Counted from the first letter of the stretch, positions 1 through 14,049 are shown. The stretch is DNA of 64,000 bases from Octopus bimaculoides (GCF_001194135.2 NC_068988.1:4109249-4173248), one strand, 5' to 3'. Notes: generated by a model from the letters alone, not told the origin. Made by a program: numbers and translations.

Positions 1-701
1 GAATTGCAAAACTGCACATACATACATACTTACATACATACATACATATATGCATATATATACATATATATATATACGGATAGATAGATACATAGATATA
101 ATTACATATAAAGCTGTATTTCAAATTAAAGCTTATGCAGGAGACTTTAAGGTTTAATTTCCAAACCTTGTTATAGGAATGTCCTTTGCAGGGTGCCTGC
201 AAAGCATGTTCACTACTTGCAGCTACCAAGTGTCATCCAAGGTTTGTCCTCCAGGACAACTTATAACACTAAACCACTTTACGTGGCATGAGGAGGTTTC
301 TTCTGCTCTATGGGGGGGCATTCAATTCCCTTACATCATCCCCCACCCTCTAGAGAGCAGTACAGAAGTAAGCTGAAATCATCGTTGTGCTAAATAAAGC
401 TTCCAGTACACTCTGTCTTCCATATTAATCGTTTAGATTATATATATATATATATATATAAATATGTGGAGTGGATGTGAGAGATAGAGAGAGAAAGGGA
501 GGGAGGGAGGGATACATGCATGCATAACTAAATATTTATATATATGTATGCACAAACATAGATTTATACATACATATGTATACACACACACAGACATTTA
601 TTTGTTTGTGTGCATGTATAATGTTCAATGAGCATCTGTACAGATGCCTACATATTTCAAAGCGAGTGAATGGTTATATTAATCAATATTTCTATTAAAC
701 T

Positions 702-920
702 AAGGTGATGAGTTGGCGGAATCGTTAACACACCAAGTGAGATGCTTAGCGGTATTTCATCTATCTTTACGTTCTGAGTTCAAATTCTGCCGAGGTCGAC
801 TTTGCCTTTTATCCTTTCGGGATCGATAAATTAAGTACCAGTTGAATACTGGCGTCTGTGTAATTGACTGCCCCACTCCCCAAAAATTTTGTGCCTTGTG
901 CCTAGAGTAGAAAAGAATAT
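702..920 (+). mobile_element. tRNA-derived SINE, family A (full length, degenerate)
   Basis: Pol III-like A box (TTGGCGGAATCG) and B box (GAGTTCAAATTC), central GCCTTTTATCCTTTCGGGATCGATAAATTAAGTACCAG block, 3' end GCCTTGTGCCTAGAGTAGAAAAG. Homologous to copies at 3345, 27488, 41720 and 42015. Confidence 0.85.
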
Positions 921-2147
921 TTTTATATAACTATTCAAAAATTTGTATTCCTTTTTCTGTATTCCTTTTTCTTGTATTCCTTTTTATGATATGGATATAT
1001 GTATGTACACACATACAATATATTTAACGTTTGTATGTGTGTGTGCATGCATTTATTTTGTATCACATGTATATCCTATTTCATAGATTATGCCTCACAT
1101 TCTTTAAATCCCTTTCACTTTCTCTCTACCCTCTTTCCTCTCTCGCTTCTTGTCTCCACATCTCTCTCTTTTCTTCTTTCTCTTTATATACCTATTCATC
1201 TCTATCTATCTATCTATACACAACACACACACACATACCAACATATATAAGTATGTATAGACTGTGAACAGCTTCATAAAGAATTGCTGATCACTAAATT
1301 AAATAAATGACAAGAGAAGAAAAAATTGTGAAATGAACTTCATGGGCTTACAGCTGTTTCTGCTTATAAGATACAATGCACTCAGAGCTGAAAGATTGTG
1401 TATCATGTTATCTATCACCTTAATTTTTTTTTTCTTTTTAATGGGTATCATCATCATCATCATCATCATTGAACATCCGTTTTTTTCATACTGGCACGGG
1501 ATGGACATGGGGATGTTTTCTATATATATAAACAATCTCCCAAATAATATTGCACTTCAGTTTTGAACATCTGACAATACTACATAGTGATACACAAGCA
1601 CTCCACTACAAGAGCATTGCATCTTATAGTAGAAACAGTTTTATGCTAACGAAGTTCATCACACGCCAGATTATTAATATCACTATGCTTAAGTGAAATA
1701 TTAACATATATATATATATATACACACACACAATTCACACACACAAAATGGAGACCACAGTCCTTCAGTATCCTCCCCAAAAGCCTGAGAGACCAGCATA
1801 GTAAAGATGTAGCAAAGCTAATGGCGGTGACCCAGCATTGATGCAGCTCTCAAGCTTCAGCTAGTTAAAGAGTTACACACACACTCACACACACATAGAT
1901 GCCTGTATATATGTACATGCACAAATATGCTAATGTAAATGTGTGTGTGTGCAAATAGAGAAAGAGAGAGAGAGACTAATAGAAGATATCATCGTGTTTC
2001 TCTCTGTATTCAATTCAAATATTCAATTCATAAATAGAGACATTTGGAATATGAACCAAACATTTTCAACCAGTGGAAAAAATGCATACATTCTTTTATA
2101 TATAGATAGACAAATTCACATAGCCATATATATATATATATATAAAT

Positions 2148-2188
<41 letters not shown>

Positions 2189-3179
2189 NNNNNNNNNNNN
2201 NNNNNNNNNNNNNNNNNNNNNNNNNNNNNNNNNNNNNNNNNNNNNNNNNNNNNNNNNNNNNNNNNNNNNNNNNNNNNNNNNNNNNNNNNNNNNNNNNNNN
2301 NNNNNNNNNNNNNNNNNNNNNNNNNNNNNNNNNNNNNNNNNNNNNNNNNNNNNNNNNNNNNNNNNNNNNNNNNNNNNNNNNNNNNNNNNNNNNNNNNNNN
2401 NNNNNNNNNNNNNNNNNNNNNNNNNNNNNNNNNNNNNNNNNNNNNNNNNNNNNNNNNNNNNNNNNNNNNNNNNNNNNATGCACAACTACAATTAAACAAA
2501 AATGAGAAATTTTGCCTTAATAATCTAGCAAAGTCATAATATATACTTCCAAAAGAACAGAAGTACATTAATAGAATTTAATTTAGGAGAGGAAGCAAAA
2601 GAAAAGAATTTGTTCATTGGAAATTAAATTTGAAACATTTATTTAATAAAGTGAGGAACGCAAAAATAAGTAAAAATTTTTGATAAAAACAAAGGAAAAT
2701 GAAAGGAAGAAAAAAAGATAAAAGAACGAGATTGAAATTGTTCAATGTAATCTGATTTCAAAACTGTCTTATTAAAACTTTAACCTTCAGCAATGTTGAT
2801 AATCTAGTAACTATAGCAAACCAATTTGGATAGCAGTGAAGGAAAGAAACATGTTTTGATAAACTTATACTTCATAATAAAGAATAACTGAAAAATGTTA
2901 TTTATTTGCGTTTGTTTGCATGTGAGAGAGAGGAGGGGTAGAGAAAGAGAGAGAGAGAGAGAGGGGGGAGGGGAGTTGAAATGAAAGGAGAAGAGAAAGA
3001 TGTGAGGTTTGAGAAAATGAAGGCAGTAGGGGGATATGTGGAGGGAGTGGGGCTGTGCTGCTTTTGAAGATATTTTCAACAATTTTCAAATGTAATGTTG
3101 TTTCATAAATGAGTTAAACAGACCAGATGGACAAGATAACATTTGAATACAAACATATATTTATATAAGTTCATATGCC

Positions 3180-3223
<44 letters not shown>

Positions 3224-3344
3224 TTAATAATAATAATAATAATAATAAAAATAATAATAACACCGATACTGATGATGACGACGGCGACGTTTGATAAACT
3301 CATTTAAGTGTGAAACAAAACGTTTAGTGATGTTTGTTCTGATT

Positions 3345-3492
3345 CAATACATTTTAAGTTCAAATCTTGCCAAAGTTAATTGTGCCTTCCATGTAACTGG
3401 GATCAATAAAATAAAATACCAGTCAGTTACTAGAATCGATGGTATTCTCTAAGCCCCTCCCCTCAAAATTGCAAGTCTTGCATCTAAATTAG

Positions 3493-3523
<31 letters not shown>

Positions 3524-3665
3524 TTTTGAGGTTGGTAAAATAAGTAACTGTTGAGCACTGGGGTCAATATAATTGACTGACCCCTCTCCCAAAATTATAG
3601 GCCTTGTGCCTATTGTAGAAAGGATTATTAATATTATCATTATTATTATTATCATCATCATCATT
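3345..3665 (+). mobile_element. Two stacked partial family A SINE copies with (TAT)n tails
   Basis: 3345-3520 and 3524-3665 each align by eye to the 3' half of the 702-920 element, and each ends in an (ATT)-type tail. Confidence 0.7.
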
Positions 3666-3761
3666 ATCTGGAGGCAAATTAGTAGGACCATTGTAACGAT
3701 GGACAAAACACTTTCCAATATTTTGAACCAATTCTAAGGTGGCAAGTTGGCAGAACAATGC

Positions 3762-3953
3762 TACCTGACTAGCTCCATGCCAGTGACACATAAAAAGCAC
3801 CCACTACACTCTTGGAGTGGTTGGCGTTAGGAAGGGCATCCAGCTATAGAAACTCTGCCAGATCAGATTGGAGCCTGGTGCAGCCTTCTGGCTTGCCAGT
3901 CCTCAGTCAAATCGTCCAACCCATGGCGGATGTTAAACGATGATGATGATGAT
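3762..3953 (+). mobile_element. 5'-truncated RTE LINE 3' end (family B) with (GAT)n tail
   Basis: AAAAGCACCCACTACACTC..GAGTGGTTGGCGTTAGGAAGGGCATCCAGCT..AGAAACTCTGCC matches the 3' UTR following the RTE ORF at 53369-53760. Confidence 0.85.
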
Positions 3954-5017
3954 ATATATATATTTATAGGCGGGCTATTTAAGCTAGTCGTGTACATACG
4001 TGCATATATATGTGTGTATACGTCCGTGTATGTAAGTATACTGTTTATATACATATATTTGTATTTATGTATTTCTGAGTATATTCCACCNNNNNNNNNN
4101 NNNNNNNNNNNNNNNNNNNNNNNNNNNNNNNNNNNNNNNNNNNNNNNNNNNNNNNNNNNNNNNNNNNNNNNNNNNNNNNNNNNNNNNNNNNNNNNNNNNN
4201 NNNNNNNNNNNNNNNNNNNNNNNNNNNNNNNNNNNNNNNNNNNNNNNNNNNNNNNNNNNNNNNNNNNNNNNNNNNNNNNNNNNNNNNNNNNNNNNNNNNN
4301 NNNNNNNNNNNNNNNNNNNNNNNNNNNNNNNNNNNNNNNNNNNNNNNNNNNNNNNNNNNNNNNNNNNNNNNNNNNNNNNNNNNNNNNNNNNNNNNNNNNN
4401 NNNNNNNNNNNNNNNNNNNNNNNNNNNNNNNNNNNNNNNNNNNNNNNNNNNNNNNNNNNNNNNNNNNNNNNNNNNNNNNNNNNNNNNNNNNNNNNNNNNN
4501 NNNNNNNNNNNNNNNNNNNNNNNNNNNNNNNNNNNNNNNNNNNNNNNNNNNNNNNNNNNNNNNNNNNNNNNNNNNNNNNNNNNNNNNNNNNNNNNNNNNN
4601 NNNNNNNNNNNNNNNNNNNNNNNNNNNNNNNNNNNNNNNNNNNNNNNNNNNNNNNNNNNNNNNNNNNNNNNNNNNNNNNNNNNNNNNNNNNNNNNNNNNN
4701 NNNNNNNNNNNNNNNNNNNNNNNNNNNNNNNNNNNNNNNNNNNNNNNNNNNNNNNNNNNNNNNNNNNNNNNNNNNNNNNNNNNNNNNNNNNNNNNNNNNN
4801 NNNNNNNNNNNNNNNNNNNNNNNNNNNNNNNNNNNNNNNNNNNNNNNNNNNNNNNNNNNNNNNNNNNNNNNNNNNNNNNNNNNNNNNNNNNNNNNNNNNN
4901 NNNNNNNNNNNNNNNNNNNNNNNNNNNNNNNNNNNNNNNNNNNNNNNNNNNNNNNNNNNNNNNNNNNNNNNNNNNNNNNNNNNNNNNNNNNNNNNNNNNN
5001 NNNNNNNNNNNNNNNNN

Positions 5018-5190
5018 CACTACACTCTCTGAGTGGTTGGCGTTAGGAAGGGCATCCAGCTGTAGAAACTCTGCCAAATCAGACTGGAGCCTGGTGTTGC
5101 CATCCGGTTTCACCAGTCCTCAGTCAAATCGTCCAACCCATGCTAGCATGGAAAGCGGACGTTAAACGATGATGATGATGATGATGATGA
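5018..5190 (+). mobile_element. RTE LINE 3' end (family B), 5' part in gap
   Basis: Same motif as 3762-3953, ending GCATGGAAAGCGGACGTTAAACGATGATGATG. Confidence 0.85.
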
Positions 5191-6093
5191 TATATATATA
5201 TATATATACATATATGTATATATATACACACACACACACATATACATACATATATATACACACATACATATACATATATGTGTGTGTGTGTGTTTATAAT
5301 GTATTCTTCACACAGAGCCAGCCAGACATGCTCACACACACACATAATGAGGGAACGTATATTACATGTGTATATTTCTTATTGGTGAATAGAGATGTGA
5401 TTTACACCTGAAAATAAAGAAATTTATCAAATTTGTCAACACCCAACTCCTTGATGTCTACAATCTCAACCACACAAGACTAACTCTTCTGTTATTCTAT
5501 TCTCTTCTATTCTATGTTTCTTTCTATCATCTCCATTCTATAGAATCCAACGCAGACAATAAATTCCTCCAGAATATCAAACAAACTTTCTTCTTTCTAT
5601 CTATGTTGGGACTTTGATGTCGTGTTAAATGCATAACTGCCAAATTTCTGCACCACACACAGTCATTGCTGACATCCAAATATAACCCTTTGTGATGTTC
5701 ACATCATGCAACTCTATATTACATGACACAAATACAAAACAGCAATTATTGACATGTGCATCTAGCACAACATTCAGCTGAGATAATGCAATGGTCAAGT
5801 TTAGTTGACCTCAGCTTTATTACATTTGCAGCAGCCCATTCACTTGACAATATATCTAATATTAGTGATAATGCACAAAGCAGCTTCTTTCTCCATTCTC
5901 TGTGCCTTCCAGTGTGATGCTGCTTAGTTTTAGGTAAACATTGTTGCTAGTACTGTTGAAATATGGGAGAAACTATTAAACTCTCATTTTTAGATCTCCC
6001 TCTCTCTCTCTCTCTCTTTCTGTTACTTTATCTTTACACTTTTAAGGTATGTGTGTGCCTCTTTTTATTTACGTGTGTGTATATATCTATCTA

Positions 6094-6124
<31 letters not shown>

Positions 6125-7229
6125 NNNNNNNNNNNNNNNNNNNNNNNNNNNNNNNNNNNNNNNNNNNNNNNNNNNNNNNNNNNNNNNNNNNNNNNNNNNN
6201 NNNNNNNNNNNNNNNNNNNNNNNNNNNNNNNNNNNNNNNNNNNNNNNNNNNNNNNNNNNNNNNNNNNNNNNNNNNNNNNNNNNNNNNNNNNNNNNNNNNN
6301 NNNNNNNNNNNNNNNNNNNNNNNNNNNNNNNNNNNNNNNNNNNNNNNNNNNNNNNNNNNNNNNNNNNNNNNNNNNNNNNNNNNNNTATATATATATATAT
6401 ATATAACTGAAGGATTAAAATTGGCAAACTTGAGTTTTCTCTCCTTAGCTTAATTTCTCCCCTATCTCTCTAGTTTTAGAAAGTTCTGTTCACTGACCGA
6501 AGCAATCTTAAGAATGCATTGCTTTACTGATGAGGAAACATATCCATAGCTGTATGTATGCGGGTGACTAGCTATGTATGTAGCTCTGTAAGAATGTTTA
6601 TATATGTGTGGGTATGTATGTATGTATGGGTACATGTACGACTGAGTGTCGATATGTCATTATATTGATACTATTTGGGCAATGGAGACATTTGTTTACA
6701 TCTTCCGTAAGCAATATGTCCTACAGCTTGGCAGTTTCATTGGGTCCTGAGTGTAAATGTCAGTGAAATAAACAAAAGCAATGCCTTATTTGAAAAAACA
6801 AATCAAGGATTGACCAGAAAAAGCCTCTGCTTCTACAAATATAACTTCTACAATTCTCATCTAACCCATGCCAATAAGGAAAAAAGCTGTAAAGAAAATA
6901 ATGATGTGAATATAGACACCTGCACACACCACAACCATCACGTGGATGAATGAAGGTGTTTATAATTTCCAACAATTTATTATGCATGTATTATGCATGT
7001 ATTATGCATGTATTAAATTTATTATGCATGTATTAAATTTCAGGTATTTTCCTACATGTGTCAAATCTTTAAACTAAAGATCAGAATTTTTAATATATTC
7101 ACCAAAATCTTGACCAAAATAGATCATCATATCTACTCATAGACATAATATCTGTGGAATCATTAACAGATTACATCTTGGCACATGTCGCTCATAGCAT
7201 ATATCCAGGCACTGCTCACAAACATGCTA

Positions 7230-7440
7230 CTAATCTTTTTGTTACCATATAAACACCGCTTAGGTATCAATTAATTTTGAAAAAAATGAAAAATTTAGTA
7301 AAATAACTTTGTCATTAATAAGCTAAGCTTTGGAACATAAAATGAAATTTTAAAAGTTTTAATTTCAATCACTTTAAAACAAGCAGTTTTTATTATAGAA
7401 CCAATTGCAGTCACAGGCAGGTTGGTACCAAAGGGATTAA
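7230..7440 (+). mobile_element. piggyBac-type MITE (family G), degenerate
   Basis: Aligns to the TTAA-flanked element at 47595-47824 (opposite strand); ends GGTACCAAAGGGATTAA. Confidence 0.7.
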
Positions 7441-7531
7441 TAAGGGTTTAAATAAATCAGTTTAACCAACTGATTAGCATATGTAATATATTGTTGGCAG
7501 TTAGTTTGATTAATAAACCACTTGTGTATAT

Positions 7532-7766
7532 TGAGCCTTTTGATAACATCCCACCTCTGACCACCCATGCTTCTAACATGCAAACTCCCTATTTTATGAA
7601 GAACTAAATTAAAAGCTTCTCTCAAAATTTCATGCTGAATTATGTTCCAAACACAAACTAAACAAGGACAGAACAAAGTTATTTTACTAAATTCTTCATG
7701 ATTAAAAAAATTATTTGAAACCAAAGCAGTTTATTTCAATTAGAAATAGATTAAGTTAAAGATTAG
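7532..7766 (-). mobile_element. piggyBac-type MITE (family G), degenerate
   Basis: CCTTTTGATAAC start; internal AAAATTTCATG..TTATGTTCCAAACAC and AAAGTTATTTTACTAAATTCTT blocks shared with 47595-47824 and 10458-10660. Confidence 0.65.
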
Positions 7767-8388
7767 CAGTATTCTGGGTCAATATTGTACTTTACTACAG
7801 GATACAGACATAGATTAACTGCATCTAGAAAAAGATGTTAACACATTGTTTTCTTTATAAGGAATCAACCAGACTAATTTCAGTCATGCTTAGCAATCAT
7901 CACTGACAGAGAACTATCAACATTTGTCCAGAGAAACATTACAGTTAAGAAGTAATTTTTAATCAGAGCTGGAGTAAATTAAAAGAAACTGCATATATAA
8001 CTCCTTCTTGGATGCTTGTTTCATTAAGAAATTACTGATGTTCTGATGGTGTGATGTTTGAAGGTAAATGCTGTACAACAGGAAACTTGAGTGAACAGAA
8101 TTTTAACTGACATTGTATGCAACATCACCATCGTCATTACCACCACTGCAAGCATCATCCGCATTATTATCATCATCATCAAACAGACCTTCATTAGACT
8201 TACTGAATGTAACATAGATGTAAACACTATCTTAAAATACAATATCTTCATGGAGAGAAAATCAGGGATCATCCAGTTTTAATCCTGCATTTGAACTGCA
8301 TCAGAAGTCAAGAATTGACTGGTCATTGAAATGCTGGCTATAAACCCAGAAGTTCTAAGGGCTTGGATAGATTAAAGAAACCAATTTG

Positions 8389-8421
<33 letters not shown>

Positions 8422-9144
8422 ATATTCAATGCCAAATAAGACTGGAACCAGCCAACCCATGCCAGCATGGAAAGTAGACGTTAAATGATGTTGATGATGG
8501 TAATGATTTTGATATACTGTTGTACATCATAGCAATGAGATATAACACTGTTAATGCCATAATGATATTTTAATCTAACCAACATACACAATTCTATTTG
8601 ATCCCACTTTTGTTCTTAGTAATTGTGGCTTTATGGTACAGGTTTGTAGTTCGACTGACTGATCCCACTTCTTGTGTCCATGAAGCTGTTGCACACAAGA
8701 CACTATTGTTTATGTCTGCCTATGCAAACAACATAGGCTAAACATCTACACATGTATGCTGTGGTAGAGTAGCTCTCTCTCTCTCTCTCTCTCTCTCTAT
8801 GCATGTGTGTGTGTGTGTGAAATGTTCCTTTCTTTTCACTAACTTTTAACAATAATTCCTACCCTTCCCCTGTCCATTCCATACTCCCCCTGCGCTGAAG
8901 CATCAATCTTTGTCAAAGACTGGCTCTCCAGCACTAGACAACAGCACACAAAGAAAAAGATAAGCAGTATTCTATTGTTTTCTTAGGAAAATCCAGACAT
9001 TCCTTATTTGTAAATAGAGACATAAGAGAAGAAAGAAAGGAAGAAAGAAAGAAACCACCATCACTTCTGACTTATTTTTCTATCTTATTTTTATATTTCA
9101 TTGTACATGCCAAAGAACTTCCATTCCTATACTCTGTGTGTGTG

Positions 9145-9176
<32 letters not shown>

Positions 9177-9360
9177 CATATATATGCATATATATACATA
9201 CATATATATGCATATATACATACATATATATGCATATATACATACATATATATATACATACATACATATATATACATACATACATATATAAATATACATA
9301 CATACATACATACATACATACATGTATATATATACATACAAACATATATGTATATATATT

Positions 9361-9416
<56 letters not shown>

Positions 9417-9560
9417 CATGCATATATATACATACATACATATATATACATACATACATATATATATATATATACATATATATATACATACATACATCCA
9501 TACATACATACATACATACATACATATGTATGTACACAAGTATGTATATGTGTATGTATG
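9145..9560. repeat. Compound (CA)n/(TA)n/(TACA)n microsatellite
   Basis: Direct reading; produces the spurious YIHT/MYVC ORFs in the track. Confidence 0.97.
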
Positions 9561-10457
9561 TATCTGCATAGAAACATATTTATAGATGAGATATATTTTT
9601 TCCGGGTTAATCTACCCATACACAGCAATACATTCCCCTCTAATTCACATGTTCTCTACTATACTTAAACAAGTTATATCCTTATTTAAACCTATGCCAT
9701 TTATTTGATAAAACTACGTTTATCTTATTACTAGGTTTAGTAAACCTTATTTCAATTCCCCACATGTCACAGAAATCTAGAGAAAAGTACAATTTGTTGA
9801 TGCAAGCTTTTATTGTACTTCAGATATACAAAGATGATTGCACTGGAGAAACGCATCTAACATCAAAATTATGGCTTATAAGCCAATAGCAGTGTTTCTT
9901 GTAAAGTGTGTACAAAGTAATTGGAAACCCTTCTTATTTCACTTAATGGCAAACAGTTGGAAGTTGCGGTAATTAAAGGATATCAACCAAACTGAAATTT
10001 TACTTTTGCAGTCCACTGCACTTATTGTACCTCAGTTTTCGCATATGAGGAGTGTGTGTGAGGAGGGAGGGGATGTTTTATAAGAAACCTCAGATGTGAT
10101 TATTATGCTTTTAGACAAATGTATCTTTGCATTTGAGCGAAATTTGTCTTTAATTCATGAAATCCTGATCTAAATGAACTTAACAGGAAATCTGGCTTCT
10201 CACTCATAAACCACCTCCAACCACCCCTCGATCTTCTTATTAATTACTCATCAACACTACTACCACTACTATAACCATTAGTACTATCACCATCATCATC
10301 ATCATCACAATCAATATTCTGCAATACATCATTTAATACAGTCACTCTATTTTCCTTTTCCTTACCAATGACTTTGCCATATTAAATGTATGGAATCTTA
10401 GCGCAATATGTCCACAAAAGCTGAGATAACTAGAGCTGGGCAAGTTAATACTTGCCT

Positions 10458-10660
10458 ATTTGCTTTTCATACCAACCTACTCGAGACAAACCTTATTTCT
10501 ATCATACAAAGTGAGCTAAATTAAAACCTGTCAAAATTTCATGATAATTTAGTTTCCAAACACCATTTTAGTAATGACAAAGTTATTTTACAAAATTCTT
10601 CAATATCTTCAAAATTAATTGAAACAAAGATAGCATAATTCAATGGAAATTTGGTTAATC
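10458..10660 (-). mobile_element. piggyBac-type MITE (family G), degenerate
   Basis: Shares AAAATTTCATG, TTTCCAAACAC, AATGACAAAGTTATTTTAC and AAAATTAATTGAAACAAAG blocks with other G copies. Confidence 0.65.
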
Positions 10661-12289
10661 TAAATCAGTTGGTCCTAATTGTATTCTTAGTTACTTCTTA
10701 TGCTATAGATTTGCTATTACAGAAACCCTGGGAGTGAGGTGAGAGTTTTTCTCAGCAACAATAAAAAACAACAATGATGGACTCCTCTCTTAGAAGACAC
10801 TCTTCAACAAGGGAGATTCCATGAATTACTTCTTCACTGCATTTCTTGTAAAGTCTTAGATTAATCAATACTTTTGTAAGTACTACAAAGGTAGATGTAA
10901 GAGTTTGGTAAACAGAGATCATAACACATTTCCAATTGATAGTCAAAGCCATTTCACTTTATTTACTCCACTAATGTTCTGGCAAAAAGAATGTATATCA
11001 CAACCTCCCACCTGTTTCTCTATTTCTGTTAAGTTTTCATCAATATTTTAATACACATTTCCTTGTATTCATTGATTGGGTCTATTGAAAAAATTCTATT
11101 TTATATAGTGCAGTTTTTCAAATAGTAAATTAAAGTTTTCTTTTTTAATTTGCTTCAATAATAAATGTTTTTGTTGCCATTAATAAAACTAAAGGGAAAA
11201 AAGGATTATCACTGTCCCAATGAAAAATAAGAAATGCAAAACAAAAATTAAATAAATAAAATCAAATAAAAAGGGGAAAAAAATTTAATATCACAAGATG
11301 GCTATTTGATGTGAGTTAGTTTCAGTGGTTTGCTTGATAGAGCAGTATTAAATTTATAGTGTTTTCCTCTTATTTCAGCCAACTTCATGTGGTGGCGATC
11401 CAATGTTTATTATCAGTGCTGACAGCAAAATGAGGTTTTTATTCAAGCTATGCAATACTGTTTTCAGTATTATACACAAAAACAATGAAAGACAAAAAAA
11501 AAGAAAAAATTGCAAACTTTTCTTTCTTTCAACTATTCTTTATGTTTGTTGTTATTTTTTGTTGTAGAAGTTGTTCTCATTTTATTCAATGAAATACAAA
11601 TACTATTTTATTTCAAACGCAAAGACAAACAAAAGATGAAATAAATAGAATAATGTTTAACAATCACAAACTAAAACACGACCCAACATAAAGAAATAGA
11701 AAGAAGCAAAAAAGAAAACAGAACACTTCCTCCTGAAGGAAAATAAAATCATTTTAAAAAGAAGTGTAAAAAAAACAAAACAAACAAACTGAAATTCAGG
11801 AAATAAATCTAACTGAAATGTGAATGTAGCAAATATTGTCCAATTTCGTTAATTCTAACTGTTTGTGAAATTTGTATTTAAAGTTAAAGGAAAGATCAAG
11901 ATAGCTGAGTGACATTTTAAAAATATTTCTTTTATTCATTATAACCATGTTTTATTTGGATGGTAGCTATATCTATTTACATTCCATTATAATGTAGCTA
12001 TACAAGTGAGCAAGCAAATACCTGCCTTAATGGCAATTTTATAAGAGTAGGATATCATAAGACTTCACAGCTATCATATTTATTATCAACATCCTTGAAA
12101 TGATTCTATCACTGATGGCCGATCCCTGTCTACTTTTCTACAAAAGTAATAATTCTTGACTACAACAGAGGAGTATTATACAGATAATAGTGCTCTTATT
12201 GGGCCTTAGGATTTCTGGTGACCTTTCATAGTGTAAACACACATAAACAATACAGTCTCCACAATCCAATACAAGAAACTCTGTTTGAT

Positions 12290-12460
12290 TATCTTGCCTA
12301 CAAGAAATAACAGCCAAATATCCTTTATAATACGACCTACCATCTTAAAAATAAGTAGTTTGGCAGAAAGGATAGATTGACTGTGATTGGATTGTTCTTA
12401 ATCAAATATCTGCTCAGTTTGGGTCAACTTGGGTGAAGCAATAACAACAGCAACAACAAT
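12290..12460 (+). repeat. Interspersed repeat family E (probable retroposon 3' end, (CAA)n-like tail)
   Basis: AGAAATAACAGCCAAAT..CTACCATCTTAAAA motif recurs at about 21160 and 34700, and reversed at about 23900, 33470-33680 and 41585-41710. Confidence 0.55.
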
Positions 12461-12577
12461 ATAATTGATATTAAATAATGACACTAATTCATTTCATATG
12501 CAATGGAATGTAACTAAGCATCACAAAATATTTTGTCCTACAATCCACTGTTATATACACACGTCCTATAAATCCAT

Positions 12578-13345
12578 TCAGGTAGATGGCCCTGCTTGAT
12601 CTGTAGAAAAGGCATACTCTATAAGATGTACCCAGTGTAAGCTATGGACACATGAGAGTACAGCAATATCAAAGGAAGGTTAACGAGGAAGATAGTTTTT
12701 GTGTGTGGCAGATACACAGGTGCAATAAACACTGAAGATGTGCAGAAAACAGATTTCATCACATGCCAGGGTAAAGAACTAGAAGTAGTTGATAGCTTTT
12801 GTTACCTAGGTGACCAAATCAGTAGTCGGGGTGGATGCTCTGAGAGCATAGCTGCTAGAATATAAATAAGCTGGGCAAAGTTCAGAGACCTCCTACCTCT
12901 GCTGTTAAACAAAATGCCTCTCACTCAGAGAAAAAGGTAGACTGTACAATGCCTTGTTACACGGCGGTGAAACATGGGCTATGAGTGCTGAGGACATATG
13001 TAGGCTTGAAAGAAATGAAGCTAGTATGCTCCTCTGGATGTGTAATGTCTGTGTGTCAGTGTGCATACATGACAGAGTGTAAGTTCCCTGAGAGAAAAGT
13101 TGGACATAAGCATCAGATGTGGTGTGCAAGAGAGACAACTGCGCTTGTATGGTCATGTGATGTGTATGGACGAGGACATCATGATCATACCAGCTCCCAC
13201 TATTTGCTGTGAAGTGGTTGGCATTAGAAAGCTGTAGAAACTATGCAAAAACAGACATTACAGCTAGGCACAGTCCTCTAGCTTGGTAATTCCTGTAAAA
13301 CCATCTAACCCATACCAGCATTGAGAAAGGGACATTAAACAAGGA
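12578..13345 (+). mobile_element. RTE-clade LINE fragment (PHD-like finger, RT motif 7, C-terminal domain, 3' tail); pseudogenised
   Basis: Manual translation across frameshifts gives SGRWPCLICRKG..SIRCTQCKLWTH..SNIKGRLTRKIVFVCGRYTG..LEVVDSFCYLGDQISSRGGCSESIAARI*ISWAKFRDLLPLL, then the GGETWAM..RLERNEASML region typical of RTE ORFs. Confidence 0.9.
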
Positions 13346-14049
13346 CAATGATTATGTATCCATATAGTGTATGGAGTAATCTTACCAAATGTATTTATCT
13401 TCAGAATGTTGTTGTCCTCCTGTGCAAAATTAGAGTGACATAACAGATCAAAGAAAACTGAGCCAAGGAAAATAAATAAACATTTTACAATAAAAAAAAA
13501 TATCTCAACGAACAACCATTCTCATTCCAAAAAGGTTAATGCTTCCCCATCTATTAGAGTTGACACAACATTTCTGAAGCGTTGGTCATTTCAGTTGTTC
13601 CACATGTCTCACCACAGTAAATTGTATAGATCTCTGTCAGAAATCTATAATAACTGATAGTGTTTAGCAGCTGGAAAGAAACCAGTAAAACAGTATTGAT
13701 AATATCACATTTGAAAACAACACACAGTGACAACTACAAGATATATGAATGTAGTAGCATATTACTTTACACAGCTATTTTGGAATGTATTTTAATACCT
13801 TATGAACAGACATATTGTTGTTATTTGAGAACATTATTGGTTTTGTAAAGTGCTAATTGGTTTCCCTTTGCACAATTTTGTTTCATATGTTACATCATTT
13901 TCATTTTGTACTGGAGGCCAATGATGTTTACAAAATCATTGCATTTGGCAAGATTACCTGTATGTATTTATATATCATACATTAACTACCATCTCATCTC
14001 CTGGCACAAAGCCACATCCCTCTCTGCTGCAGCCCCACTTAGTGAAAGA

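Noticed and set aside
177-367. Possible + strand exon (AG at 175-176, GTAAGC donor at 368) or PLE-like CPLQGAC motif
   Set aside because: No recognisable homology in any frame and a weak acceptor; cannot be supported.
3762-5190. Assembly duplication of the repeats either side of the 4091-5017 gap
   Set aside because: The two family B copies differ at many positions, so they are independent insertions.
6527-6545. CTGATGAGGAAAC hammerhead core
   Set aside because: No stem II between CUGAUGA and GAAA, and no stem I.
8100-8230. Acidic peptide SNEGLFDDDDNNADDACSGGNDDGD on the minus strand
   Set aside because: Explained by degenerate (GAT)/(GGT) simple repeats, with stops upstream.
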